A stretch of DNA of 64,000 nucleotides from a virus. Positions 41,077-50,052 of this stretch are shown here, one piece after another. The position numbers and the translations under genes are program-made. The DNA lies in the IMG/VR virus record IMGVR_UViG_3300023174_000104, positions 32,689 to 96,688 of that record; one strand, written 5' to 3'. Position 1 is the stretch's first letter. Every line of letters starts with the position of its first letter. The notes under the pieces are model-generated. The model saw only the letters and a program-made list of their open reading frames with translations. It was not told where the DNA came from and did no database searches.

Positions 41077-41166
41077 ATGAGTTGGAATCAATCATTAGAA
41101 AAACATAAACAAGAAATTGAAGCATGGACACATTTATGTAATGTGTACAAGGAGTCTCTTTATTAA
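41077..41166 (+). CDS. Small ORF (29 aa)
   Basis: RBS AGGAG; MSWNQSLEKHKQEIEAWTHLCNVYKESLY*. Confidence 0.35.
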   Translation: MSWNQSLEKHKQEIEAWTHLCNVYKESLY

Positions 41167-41175
41167 AGATAAAAT

Positions 41176-41250
41176 ACCCTCTTTGCCAAGCGGTAAGGCC
41201 TCGGATTTTGATTCCGACATTCGGTGGTTCGAATCCATCAGGGGGTGCCA
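41176..41250 (+). tRNA. tRNA-Gln(TTG)
   Basis: TCGGA-TTTTGAT-TCCGA; TTCGAAT; CCA. Confidence 0.9.
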
Positions 41251-41254
41251 GTTA

Positions 41255-41403
41255 TGGGATAGACGATAGGTTTGAGTCCCTGTCAATCTAATCACAGTGG
41301 GGTTAACTGTGATGACACTATAGTATGATTGATAGGTGTATAAACTTGCCTATACGAGACAATCTAATGAGGCTTATTAACAATAAGATAGTTAGGCTCC
41401 CGC
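41255..41403 (+). ncRNA. Unidentified structured RNA between tRNAs
   Basis: CCTGTCAATC/GATTGATAGG, ATCACAGT/ACTGTGAT and GTATA/TATAC stems. Confidence 0.4.
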
Positions 41404-41411
41404 CTTTATAA

Positions 41412-41487
41412 ACCAAGATAGCTCATCAGGTAGAGCACTAGTTTGAAGCACTAGGTGTGGTTGGTTCAAGTCCAACTCTTGGTACCA
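41412..41487 (+). tRNA. tRNA-Phe(GAA)
   Basis: CTAGT-TTGAAGC-ACTAG; TTCAAGT; CCA. Confidence 0.85.
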
Positions 41488-41489
41488 AT

Positions 41490-41564
41490 GGGTCCTTAGT
41501 TCAATGGATAGAATACGATGCTTCGAACTTCGGGATGTGGGTTCAATTCCTACAGGACCCTCCA
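41490..41564 (+). tRNA. tRNA-Arg(TCG)
   Basis: Loop CTTCGAA; acceptor GGGTCCT/AGGACCC; CCA. Confidence 0.85.
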
Positions 41565-41612
41565 GTACATGATTAAATACAATTAGTGACTAAAAGCGAA
41601 AAGGAGTAAATT

Positions 41613-42173
41613 ATGGCTGTTCTAGCACTAGATATCAGTGGAGTTCCCCGGCAGTGGATCTCAAATGATGACGCAATTACCTATCAAGCAAAAGATGCCA
41701 TCGCATGGAGTATGGGCAATATTGTGGCTAGATATCGTGGTGGTATACAAAATGACGGTACATTAAGTTACTTAGAAGCTAGTAGCATTATCGCTATCAA
41801 AGGTCATGGATTCAATCCATACAAACATTCATGTGTAGCACTAACTAATAAAACATTGTTTGGTCGTGATAGACATGTATGCGCTTATTGTGGAAATCAT
41901 TTTCCAAACTTTCATGTATTAAGTCGTGATCATATTCATCCAAAAAGTAAAGGTGGTGAAAACACCTGGATGAATGTGGTTACAGCATGTCGTGATTGCA
42001 ATAGTAAAAAAGGTCATAAGACATTGAAAGAAGCAAAGATGGAACTATTATATACTCCATATGTACCAAACCACTACGAAAATATGATATTACAACATAG
42101 AACAATTCTTGCCGATCAAATGGAATATTTGTTAGCAGGAGTTCCAAAACATAGCAGAATTTTATTATCATAG
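41613..42173 (+). CDS. HNH endonuclease (McrA/HNH_5-like)
   Basis: RDRHVCAYCG...SRDHIHPKSKGGENTWMNVVTACRDCNSKKG. Confidence 0.9.
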   Translation: MAVLALDISGVPRQWISNDDAITYQAKDAIAWSMGNIVARYRGGIQNDGTLSYLEASSIIAIKGHGFNPYKHSCVALTNKTLFGRDRHVCAYCGNHFPNFHVLSRDHIHPKSKGGENTWMNVVTACRDCNSKKGHKTLKEAKMELLYTPYVPNHYENMILQHRTILADQMEYLLAGVPKHSRILLS

Positions 42174-42200
42174 TGTATAATACTGTTAAATAAACATATT

Positions 42201-42276
42201 GCCCCCTTAGCTCATCTGGTAGAGCAACTGATTTGTAATCAGTAGGTGGTCTGTTCGAGTCGGACAGGGGGCACCA
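42201..42276 (+). tRNA. tRNA-Thr(TGT)
   Basis: ACTGA-TTTGTAA-TCAGT; CCA. Confidence 0.93.
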
Positions 42277-42283
42277 AAATTAT

Positions 42284-42364
42284 TCCACGGGAGCCGCCGG
42301 GTGTGGCAGCAGACTGTTAATCTGTGCGAAAGCTAGCTAGGTTCGAGTCCTAGCCGTGGAGCCA
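42284..42364 (+). tRNA. tRNA-Asn(GTT)
   Basis: GCAGA-CTGTTAA-TCTGT; extra GC-GAAA-GC variable hairpin; CCA. Confidence 0.85.
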
Positions 42365-42379
42365 AACATAAATAACTAT

Positions 42380-42998
42380 ATGTATGAATGTATAGAGTGT
42401 AATAAATTGTTTGCTAGTATTATGGCCTTAACCGGGCATAAACGAATGCATGGCCAATCTAATGGTAAATCTAAAAAAATAGTATGTTCTTGTTTGATAA
42501 CTCGTAAAGTAATGCCTTATCAAAATTTAGAACAATATCAAAAAACATTAATTGGATGCAAACAATGTAATAAAATATTTCATCCTACTACGGAAAGAAA
42601 AACTTTTTGTAGTCAATCATGTTTGTTCTGCAACATATAATAATAAAATTTACGTAAAAAGACAGAAAAAAGAAAAACCACCAAAAACACCTAGAGCTAA
42701 AAAAATATACTCAGAGGCAGAGATTAGAGCAAGAAATGTATCATCGGTGCAGGCATATAGACAACGAAAATATAGTGCTACCCCAATAGATGTTGACCGT
42801 AAACTAATACAAATCATTTACGAAAATTGTCCTGTAGGCTATGAAGTAGACCATATTATAGCAATTAGTGAAGGTGGTCCGCATCATCAAGACAATCTAC
42901 AATACCTTCCTGCTATAGTAAACAGGAAGAAAAACCGCTATCAAAATTATGATAAAGACTCAGTTTTGCGATGGCAAGATATTATTGTCAAAGGTTGA
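42380..42998 (+). pseudogene. Frameshifted zinc-finger/HNH endonuclease
   Basis: C2H2-like finger in one frame and VDHIIAISEGGPHHQDNLQ HNH in another, joined across a TGTT duplication at 42620-42627. Confidence 0.7.
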
Positions 42999-43044
42999 CA
43001 ATAAATCAAATCTCTGCTACAATAAAGGAAAGTTAGAAATTTAG

Positions 43045-43119
43045 CTGGCGTTAGTATAATGGATAATACAGTAGCCTTCTAAGCTATCAATAGAGGTTCG
43101 ATTCCTCTACGCCGGACCA
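43045..43119 (+). tRNA. tRNA-Arg(TCT)
   Basis: GTAGC-CTTCTAA-GCTAT; TTCGATT; CCA. Confidence 0.9.
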
Positions 43120-43703
43120 TCAAAATTTTCTAGTAGTAATCGCCATTCATCATTACTAAAGTGATAATCTTCTAATACTTCTAACATTCTAGCAAAAACT
43201 ATTAAACCTCTTTTATGGTGAATTAATTCAGTATGTAGTCCTAATATTTTTTTATCAATTACAGACTTTAATACATTCTCACCTTCTTTTTTTAATTTAA
43301 TTTTTTTAGAAATAATGTTCATTTTATTTATTAGATTGTTACATTCTACAATGGCATTATTTGTTAGTTGTTGTAATGCACGAATTTCAATTCGCATTTT
43401 TAATATTAAATCATCAATCTCCGGATTGATATGTTGAACAAATTGTGAAATCATAATAGCTAGTCTAGCCATTACCTCACTATCAAGATTAATATCATCA
43501 TATTGATCGCCGGTACTATCATAGTGTTCACGTTTAATTGGATCACTTAATACTTCATATGCCAATTTCATTCGTTTAAACTTTTCTACATCTCCTCCCT
43601 TATCAGGATGATGTAATTGTGCTAAGATTCTGTATTTTTGTTTGATTTCTTCAGATGTGCAATTTTTTGGTAATTCTAAATCATCATATAGGGAGGTTGT
43701 CAT
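43107..43703 (-). CDS. DnaJ (J-domain) protein
   Basis: LYDDLEL...EEIKQKYRILAQLHHPDKGGD...AYEVLSDPIKREHYD. Confidence 0.9.
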   Translation of the reverse strand: MTTSLYDDLELPKNCTSEEIKQKYRILAQLHHPDKGGDVEKFKRMKLAYEVLSDPIKREHYDSTGDQYDDINLDSEVMARLAIMISQFVQHINPEIDDLILKMRIEIRALQQLTNNAIVECNNLINKMNIISKKIKLKKEGENVLKSVIDKKILGLHTELIHHKRGLIVFARMLEVLEDYHFSNDEWRLLLENFDGPA

Positions 43704-43758
43704 AACAATATTTATCATCATGCATTTTATGTAGTATTAAGTACTACAATGATAAAAT

Positions 43759-43925
43759 TTGACAATAAATCCTCAATCTGCTATACTCTAGTTATAGATT
43801 GATTGAACAAGTTCTTGGGAAACAGAGAAACGAAAGAATTTGACAATAAATGGTAGTTATGATACAATCATAGCATGAGTTGAGAAAAGTCATCGTACTA
43901 CTCAACAAAGTTCTTTAAAATTTAG
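43759..43925 (+). promoter_or_regulatory. Tandem sigma70 promoters plus boxA-like element
   Basis: TTGACA(43759)..TGcTATACT, TTGACA(43840)..TGaTACAAT, then GTTCTTTAAAA at 43910. Confidence 0.65.
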
Positions 43926-43955
43926 AATTCATATAGCCCTGTTTAAGTTACAGGG

Positions 43956-44175
43956 ACTATATGTAAACATATTAAGGGTTACCTGATCCGTTAGGTACTC
44001 TATGGAAGCATAACCAGTTGACGGACTGGCTTCGCATAGAGTACAAGAAGCGTACCGACAATAGCAATATTGTTTAACGTGACGGGCAGTTAGGCAGTAA
44101 TGACGAATGACATTGCATCAGTAGACGGTACTGATTATTTGTTTAATAGTTCCCATAGTGTGTTTTCATATAGTG
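43956..44175 (+). ncRNA. Structured RNA enclosed by a long stem
   Basis: ACTATATGTAAACATATTA pairs with TAGTGTGTTTTCATATAGT; internal hairpins GTACTCTATG/CATAGAGTAC and ATCAGTA/TACTGAT. Confidence 0.55.
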
Positions 44176-44176
44176 T

Positions 44177-44303
44177 GTTATTAGTTTTGCTGATGTAAGC
44201 CATTGAGTAAACGTCAACTCTAAGTAACTATGTATATAAACGGTACGTCCAGCTGGCAATTCCGTTGAGCATAGCAAATAGTGCGTCAGCAAAACTAATA
44301 ACA
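44177..44303 (+). ncRNA. Structured RNA enclosed by a ~22-bp stem
   Basis: TGTTATTAGTTTTGCTGATGTA / TGCGTCAGCAAAACTAATAACA. Confidence 0.5.
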
Positions 44304-44304
44304 T

Positions 44305-44379
44305 GTCGCATTAGACTTCTGGTGAGGTCATCACCCTTTCAAGGTGACTAGACGGGATCGTAACCCGTATGCGACTCCA
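44305..44379 (+). tRNA. tRNA-Glu(TTC)
   Basis: TCACC-CTTTCAA-GGTGA; atypical T loop ATCGTAA; CCA. Confidence 0.87.
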
Positions 44380-44386
44380 ATTTTTT

Positions 44387-44730
44387 GTAGTTAGGTGAGA
44401 GGCGTGGGCAATTGTTGGAGATCAACTAACAGCTACATTTTTAATTTCGCATAGTTTAATACTAGAACAAAATGACACTAGGGTACCTTAGTGTAGATAT
44501 CGGCGGAGTACTGTTCCGATTGCGTCAAGAATCCCGTTACTATTTTCGTTAAAATAGCGTTTGATTAATGATAGAGATCCGGTGGCAGAAAACCGTTAGC
44601 GTGAGGATTAAAAATACCCTTGCAGGCTCTGATAGGCAGAATCTCACTGCACACAGACTTTGAATAAATGAGATGGACAGAGTAACCGCTCAATTAAGGG
44701 CTTGTGTGGAAACAAGTAGCTTATACTAAT
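44387..44730 (+). ncRNA. Large unidentified ncRNA (3' domain shared with 51196-51406)
   Basis: ORF-free, multiple stems; ends GACAGAGTA..CTCA.TT.AGGGCT..TGTGG..AGTAGCT..ACTAAT. Confidence 0.55.
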
Positions 44731-44857
44731 ACATAACATAGATGTATACAACAACCCTAATATTGTACACATCTATGTTATACTAATTTTTGAGTTACAT
44801 CGCCCTGATACTTCTCTCAGTAATGAGACACTAGGTCTTGCAACCGTAACTCATCTT

Positions 44858-44943
44858 GGAGATGTAGGAAAATTGGTAACCCCAGGAGACTGTAAATCTT
44901 CCGCCTTATGGCACTACTGGTTCAACTCCAGTTGTCTCCACCA
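44858..44943 (+). tRNA. tRNA-Tyr(GTA)
   Basis: GGAGA-CTGTAAA-TCTTC, long variable arm, CCA. Confidence 0.9.
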
Positions 44944-44950
44944 AGAATAT

Positions 44951-45027
44951 GCACCGTTAGATCAGTTGGTTAGATCGCATGCCTGTCACGCATGAGGCCA
45001 GGGGTTCAAGTCCCCTACGGTGCGCCA
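44951..45027 (+). tRNA. tRNA-Asp(GTC)
   Basis: CATGC-CTGTCAC-GCATG; CCA. Confidence 0.93.
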
Positions 45028-45075
45028 AAATATTTGACTACAATCATTGTATGATATATAATAGTAACAAGATTT

Positions 45076-45373
45076 GCGACTGTGGTGAAATAGGTAGACA
45101 CAAGAGACTTGAGAGTAAAATTTGAGTGCCTTGAGGGAAATCTCAGGAGTAGAACCCGTCAAATTCGGTGAAGGCTGTAAAATGCTAATACCGAGCCAAG
45201 CTTAGTGAGAAATCACTTTGAAGGTGTAGAGACTAGACGGCGGGCATCTAAGGTAGTAATACTATGATGAAGGTATAGTCCAGACCATCAAACTGTATAG
45301 GTAGTGAAAACTATAGTGGTAAGAAAATCTCTCGCTTAACAGCATCCCGGTTCGATTCCGGGCAGTCGCACCA
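45076..45373 (+). tRNA. tRNA-Leu(TAA) interrupted by a group I intron
   Basis: Exon 1 45076-45110 ends AGAGACTT; exon 2 45324-45373 starts AAAATCTCT; spliced loop CTTAAAA. Confidence 0.9.
45111..45323 (+). mobile_element. Group I self-splicing intron (213 nt, no ORF)
   Basis: Inserted after a U, ends in G; core elements AAATTCGGTGAA, AATACCGAGC, GTAGAGACTAGA, GAAGGTATAGTCC. Confidence 0.9.
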
Positions 45374-45382
45374 AAGAATGAT

Positions 45383-45460
45383 GCCTCTATAGCACAATTG
45401 GTTAGTTGCAAGCGACTCATAATCGCTAGGTTCCTGGTTCGAGTCCAGGTGGAGGCACCA
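45383..45460 (+). tRNA. tRNA(CAT), probably Ile2 (lysidine type)
   Basis: AGCGA-CTCATAA-TCGCT resembles the ileX anticodon arm; CCA. Confidence 0.85.
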
Positions 45461-45465
45461 ATTAA

Positions 45466-45553
45466 GGATAGTTGCCCGAGTGGTTAAGGGAGCGGTTTGC
45501 TAAACCGTCGCTGTGAAAACGGCGCATAGGTTCGAATCCTATACTATCCGCCA
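45466..45553 (+). tRNA. tRNA-Ser(GCT)
   Basis: GCGGT-TTGCTAA-ACCGT, long variable arm, CCA. Confidence 0.92.
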
Positions 45554-45735
45554 GATTTCTTTTTTGTTCGGTCTATGATTTCATGGCGAAACATAGGATT
45601 TTCAATCATCATCCGAGCAAGCATACCAGTTAGATAACCCCGTTCATATAATAATTGTTCGTGGCTATCTTTGTAATTATGGTTGTTTTGACGCAACAAC
45701 TTTTCAACAATATCAATACAGTCTTGGATATCCAT
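45544..45735 (-). CDS. Hypothetical protein
   Basis: 63-aa ORF starting 4 nt after TAAATA. Confidence 0.5.
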   Translation of the reverse strand: MDIQDCIDIVEKLLRQNNHNYKDSHEQLLYERGYLTGMLARMMIENPMFRHEIIDRTKKKSGG

Positions 45736-45754
45736 ACTGTATTTATAAAAGAAC

Positions 45755-46030
45755 GTGCCGGGTGTCGCTGGCTACTCTGACCCAGAGGACGAGAAGTGGC
45801 GTGACAGCTACGGGTGGTTCTGAAACGTAATAGTTTCACACAGAGGACATGGAAACATGTGCGTGTATGTGCGGTCTAACCTAACCGGCGCTAGCAATGC
45901 GATAACGGTCCCTGTCGGGAAGCGGGTGGAAGGTATGTGTGATGCATAGAATCGCTAACCTTAGTTGAGTTAGATTCCGGATTAATCTATGTTGATGTAC
46001 TATAATTACCGCCGGGGGATGCCAGAGCAA
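45755..46030 (+). ncRNA. GC-rich unidentified structured RNA
   Basis: GC well above background; CTGGC at the 5' end pairs with GCCAG at the 3' end; internal hairpins; no credible ORF. Confidence 0.55.
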
Positions 46031-46033
46031 TAT

Positions 46034-46110
46034 GTAGGTGTGTCGCTGAATGGTCAGGCCGCGGATTGCAAATCCGTTTTATGCAGGTTCGATCCCTGTC
46101 ACCTACTCCA
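46034..46110 (+). tRNA. tRNA-Cys(GCA)
   Basis: GCGGA-TTGCAAA-TCCGT; U73; CCA. Confidence 0.9.
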
Positions 46111-46121
46111 AAGATATATTT

Positions 46122-46376
46122 TTATTCGGCAGCAGGCGCCTTAGGCCATTTCTTTAATGGGCATTCCTGATTTGGCATCCAAGTTTTTACCTTCATAAAA
46201 CAGCCGCACATTTTACAAGTGTCAGTAGGTTTGTAAAGTTTTTCACAACTGTGACACGTATTATAACGGTATTCTTGAACTTCTATGCTTACTTTGTTTG
46301 AAAGCATACTTGCAGCCGCATTTTCGGCTGCATCACGAACTTGTTCCATTTTTTCTTTGAGTTTGTTTATAATCAT
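46122..46376 (-). CDS. Small Cys-rich protein
   Basis: RYNTCHSCE...CKMCGCFMKVKTW...CPLKKW. Confidence 0.65.
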   Translation of the reverse strand: MIINKLKEKMEQVRDAAENAAASMLSNKVSIEVQEYRYNTCHSCEKLYKPTDTCKMCGCFMKVKTWMPNQECPLKKWPKAPAAE

Positions 46377-47275
46377 AGTAAAATATATTTATACTTAAAA
46401 AATTTAGCTTCATATTTATTTCTGTACAACAAATCAAAATTTCTATTACTCAATTGACTTTCTAATCTTGAGATTTTATCTTGAGCAGTGGGCTGTCTAG
46501 GAGGATTAGTGTCATAAAGATTTTTCAATTTTTCAAACCCATTAAGTTTAGATTTGATTTCTGTGTATCCAGTAAGTTTATCAAGTTGTCCTATCACAGG
46601 AAATCCATAATATTGAAAAGCCTTTACTTTTTCTCCGTAACTTCCAGGTGTATGAAATTTTTGTAGTTCCGGTAACATCACGTCAAAAGCGTATGCTACT
46701 TCACGTGTTTCTAGAAAAAAGAATGGTACTATGTTTTTATTAGATTTGATGCCGTAGTGATATAGGCTCCAATTGTTTCTATCCGGAATTCCTAGATTCC
46801 CATGATTTTTTTGATACATAATATATTGACCAGCAAATATAACAGTACCGGTCTCAGTCATGTCTGCCATTTTCATAAATGTAGTGACTTGTGGACTACC
46901 GCAATAATATTCATTTGCATAATAATCATGTTCATTTTCTAAAAAAGAAATTACATCTAGATCATGGTAATTAATGGTTAAATCATGTTGTGCTGAGAAT
47001 TCTCTAAGAGTGCATAAATCATGCTCATTTAATGTCTGATTATAAACTGCTGAAAAAGTCTCATAAGGGACTCCTGACTTATGCCATGCATATAACATAG
47101 CCTGACTATCAACCCCACCGCTTAAATATAATGTATATGGTGCTGGATAGTTTTTTGTTATGTATTCTATTGTATGAAACGCAGCCTCAAGAGGAGGTAG
47201 TTTTTTATTATCGTTATCTCTAAATTTAAAATAATAATCATCTCCTACTTTATTAGGATTAGCCCATTTTAGCAT
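46373..47275 (-). CDS. PP-loop (adenine nucleotide alpha-hydrolase) protein
   Basis: LYLSGGVDSQAM motif. Confidence 0.65.
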   Translation of the reverse strand: MLKWANPNKVGDDYYFKFRDNDNKKLPPLEAAFHTIEYITKNYPAPYTLYLSGGVDSQAMLYAWHKSGVPYETFSAVYNQTLNEHDLCTLREFSAQHDLTINYHDLDVISFLENEHDYYANEYYCGSPQVTTFMKMADMTETGTVIFAGQYIMYQKNHGNLGIPDRNNWSLYHYGIKSNKNIVPFFFLETREVAYAFDVMLPELQKFHTPGSYGEKVKAFQYYGFPVIGQLDKLTGYTEIKSKLNGFEKLKNLYDTNPPRQPTAQDKISRLESQLSNRNFDLLYRNKYEAKFFKYKYILL

Positions 47276-47286
47276 ATTTGATCCTA

Positions 47287-48963
47287 TCAAGCACCACAGT
47301 AGCAAGCGTTAGAATCTTTACCCGTGCCATCACTACAACAGTATATATTGCAAAGATTACCACAGACTTGAAAACCACCATTTTGTATACAAGGTTGGGG
47401 TAGACTTTGACAGTTAAATAATAATGTTATATGTAGAAGATCATCTGAAGGCACTGTTTCGGGCTGAAAATTTTGAGGTAATACGTAAATAATAAGTGTT
47501 ATGATTTCTGTTGAATCATCTGTGTTTGTTCTCATAAAACTAGATGTATATATTTTATAAGCCTCTCCTTCTGAAGGGCCCTGTGATTCAACCGGATCCC
47601 CGTATACTCTACCATCTGGTACAATCATAAAGTTTTCTGGTAAAGGAACTATCCATTCTATAGATTTGGTAAATATAGGTTCATATACTCGTAAACGAAT
47701 TTTTTCATTGATATCAGTATTTCCTACTCTAAAAGACATTCTGTGTTCATCTGATGATTGAACTAAGGGATAACTATCTCTATCTGTCATAGTTGCAATC
47801 ATATTAACACTATTTTGATATTTAGGGTCAGTTAAATCTAAAAGATCGGGCTTACTGAAAAGTACAGTGTTAGAACCAATAACCGCTGTGCTAAAAAAAT
47901 CATTTTGAAAAACTTCATGTCGTCTGCCATTTTCATATGAGCGTGACGCTAAGTTACATGCTAAAATTGCACTTCCGGTGGCTGCCGCAATAGATGTTCC
48001 GGCAACATAACCATATGTACCGTTTAGTCCAGCCGCCCATATTTCTTCGCCTGGTGCCCAACCATCTAATTCACCGTGATTAGTTTGTCCACCTGTTACT
48101 GATATTGTACTGCCACCGGTATAGTTGCTAAAGTCGCATGGTTTTAAATCTTTGTTATATGCACCGACAGTTATTACATCTATCATACCTGCAGGAGTTA
48201 CATCTTCTATAGATGTACCATTATTTCCTGCGGCCGCAATGATGAACACACCTTCATCTTCTAACACACGTAGTTTATTTTCTACCCATGCATTTTTTGG
48301 AATAGACCAACTTGCATTTAATACACTATATGTACCGTCAACATGGTCGTTTATGATAGCCTCTAATGCATCTAAGAATTCATGTTCGGTGGTAGCATGA
48401 TTAGGGTCAAATATTTTTACAATTTTTAGTTTTGCTTCAGTAATACCGCAGGTTTTGCCAACAATTACGCTAGCAATCGCAGTACCGTGACCTTTGTTAT
48501 CACTAAAATCACCGGGGGTCACACTATAGATATTTGTAATATTAGCGTCAATAAACTCAGGGTGTGAGGCTTCTATACCACTATCCATGACATACACACT
48601 TATAGATTGACCTAATCTTTTAATAATTGCGGTAGGTGACGTAAACTCCGGTTGATTACGAGAATAGTTTTTCCACCAGTCTTTGGTATCGTTAACATCA
48701 ATATTAATTGATTCTTTATTAGGATCCCTATGTGTTCCAAAATAAGGATTAAGAGGAATTACATCTAGTGGACGTATAGCTAAGTGATTTTCTTCAGTAA
48801 CACGATCAATTATGGCTGATTCTGGAGGCATTTGATCAGCTTCAACTAAAAAGATTTTATCAAAATTATCCCACTCCTTTAAAACTGTGCATCCGTGCTG
48901 TTGTAGGTATGCACTTATATCAGCATCTAATGTATCTGCTTTAAAATCAATTAAAAATTTCAT
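47287..48963 (-). CDS. Subtilisin-like S8 serine protease with Cys-rich tail
   Basis: VMDSGI, GHGTAIAS, AAAGN, GTSIA catalytic motifs; N-terminal prodomain; 8-Cys C-terminus. Confidence 0.9.
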   Translation of the reverse strand: MKFLIDFKADTLDADISAYLQQHGCTVLKEWDNFDKIFLVEADQMPPESAIIDRVTEENHLAIRPLDVIPLNPYFGTHRDPNKESINIDVNDTKDWWKNYSRNQPEFTSPTAIIKRLGQSISVYVMDSGIEASHPEFIDANITNIYSVTPGDFSDNKGHGTAIASVIVGKTCGITEAKLKIVKIFDPNHATTEHEFLDALEAIINDHVDGTYSVLNASWSIPKNAWVENKLRVLEDEGVFIIAAAGNNGTSIEDVTPAGMIDVITVGAYNKDLKPCDFSNYTGGSTISVTGGQTNHGELDGWAPGEEIWAAGLNGTYGYVAGTSIAAATGSAILACNLASRSYENGRRHEVFQNDFFSTAVIGSNTVLFSKPDLLDLTDPKYQNSVNMIATMTDRDSYPLVQSSDEHRMSFRVGNTDINEKIRLRVYEPIFTKSIEWIVPLPENFMIVPDGRVYGDPVESQGPSEGEAYKIYTSSFMRTNTDDSTEIITLIIYVLPQNFQPETVPSDDLLHITLLFNCQSLPQPCIQNGGFQVCGNLCNIYCCSDGTGKDSNACYCGA

Positions 48964-49141
48964 ATTTCGGAACCCCTGTTAGTTATAGCAGTATTTATCT
49001 TTTTTATCATGGTTCATTAAATTTAATGTTTTTGGTCAATACAATACTCAATTATTGTTGACATATTGCTATATTTGCTGTTATACTAAAGACTTCGTAA
49101 AAACCAAGTTTTTACAAAAAACAATTTAAATTAAAATAAAC

Positions 49142-49780
49142 ATGAAACAAATAGATGCATTAGCGGTTCCTTTCTACGAATTCCGGTGTGATGAAAAATT
49201 GATTGATGAAATCCTACCCTTAATTAAAAATCTTGATTACAAAAAGAATACAGATTCTGCTGAACTCTCAACTCAGTATTTTTATCATAAAGAACTGTTT
49301 AAATGGTTTGATGAATGTTTGGAAGAAGTACGGCAACTATATTTTGATTCAACTTTAAAAATGGTAATTACTACCTGCTGGTCAACTAAAACTATGCCTT
49401 TTAAAAGGCATATAACTCATAATCATCAACAAACGCTAATAGGTGGTATTTTATACCTTGATGACTTTCAAAGCGGAGAGACTGTTTTTACTACACCTAA
49501 TCCATGGTTGAGATATCAAAATGAACATATTATGAATGTTTCTACCCAACAGTTGAGTCAATCAAAACTTACAACAAAGATTGTACCTGAGAAAGGTAAA
49601 CTTGTTTTATATCCTCCACATATATTTCATGGTACTATGCCAAACAAAGATAAAAAAATAAGACATACATTGGCATTTGATGCATTCTTTTCTGGTAAAA
49701 TTTATGAAAATTCTAATTGGCCGTATGTTGAAATAAATTCTAGTAGCCTGCAAGAAATAGTTGAAAATAAAGATTCTTAA
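49142..49780 (+). CDS. 2OG-Fe(II) oxygenase-like protein
   Basis: HITHNH...GILYL...PEKGKLVLYPPHIFHGT...RHTLAFD. Confidence 0.8.
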   Translation: MKQIDALAVPFYEFRCDEKLIDEILPLIKNLDYKKNTDSAELSTQYFYHKELFKWFDECLEEVRQLYFDSTLKMVITTCWSTKTMPFKRHITHNHQQTLIGGILYLDDFQSGETVFTTPNPWLRYQNEHIMNVSTQQLSQSKLTTKIVPEKGKLVLYPPHIFHGTMPNKDKKIRHTLAFDAFFSGKIYENSNWPYVEINSSSLQEIVENKDS

Positions 49781-49798
49781 TTAAGCTTCACCAAATTA

Positions 49799-49963
49799 TT
49801 ATAGTGATTGAATGAACTGTTTTGCAGGTTCAACACTACTGAAAAACTTCATTGTCATTGTGAAGTTTACAAGATCATGTACCATAATATAAAAGGATTC
49901 GTCTTCCATCATTGAAAGATGGATATGTAATCCGGTTTTTGTAACAGTATCGTATATGTACAT
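49799..49963 (-). CDS. Small hypothetical protein (54 aa)
   Basis: MYIYDTVTKTGLHIHLSMMEDESFYIMVHDLVNFTMTMKFFSSVEPAKQFIQSL*; 5 nt after TAAATA. Confidence 0.5.
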   Translation of the reverse strand: MYIYDTVTKTGLHIHLSMMEDESFYIMVHDLVNFTMTMKFFSSVEPAKQFIQSL

Positions 49964-49975
49964 AAATATATTTAT

Positions 49976-50050
49976 GCGGGATTAACTCAGGGGTAGAGTG
50001 TCAGCCTTCCAAGCTGTTCGTCAGCGGTTCGAATCCGCTATCCCGCTCCA
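49976..50050 (+). tRNA. tRNA-Gly(TCC)
   Basis: CAGC-CTTCCAA-GCTG; CCA. Confidence 0.93.
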
Positions 50051-50052
50051 AC

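Noticed and set aside
44387-46030. tmRNA or RNase P RNA
   Set aside because: No tmRNA-type alanine acceptor ends with a tag ORF and no GAGGAAAGTCC signature recognised; left as unidentified ncRNAs.
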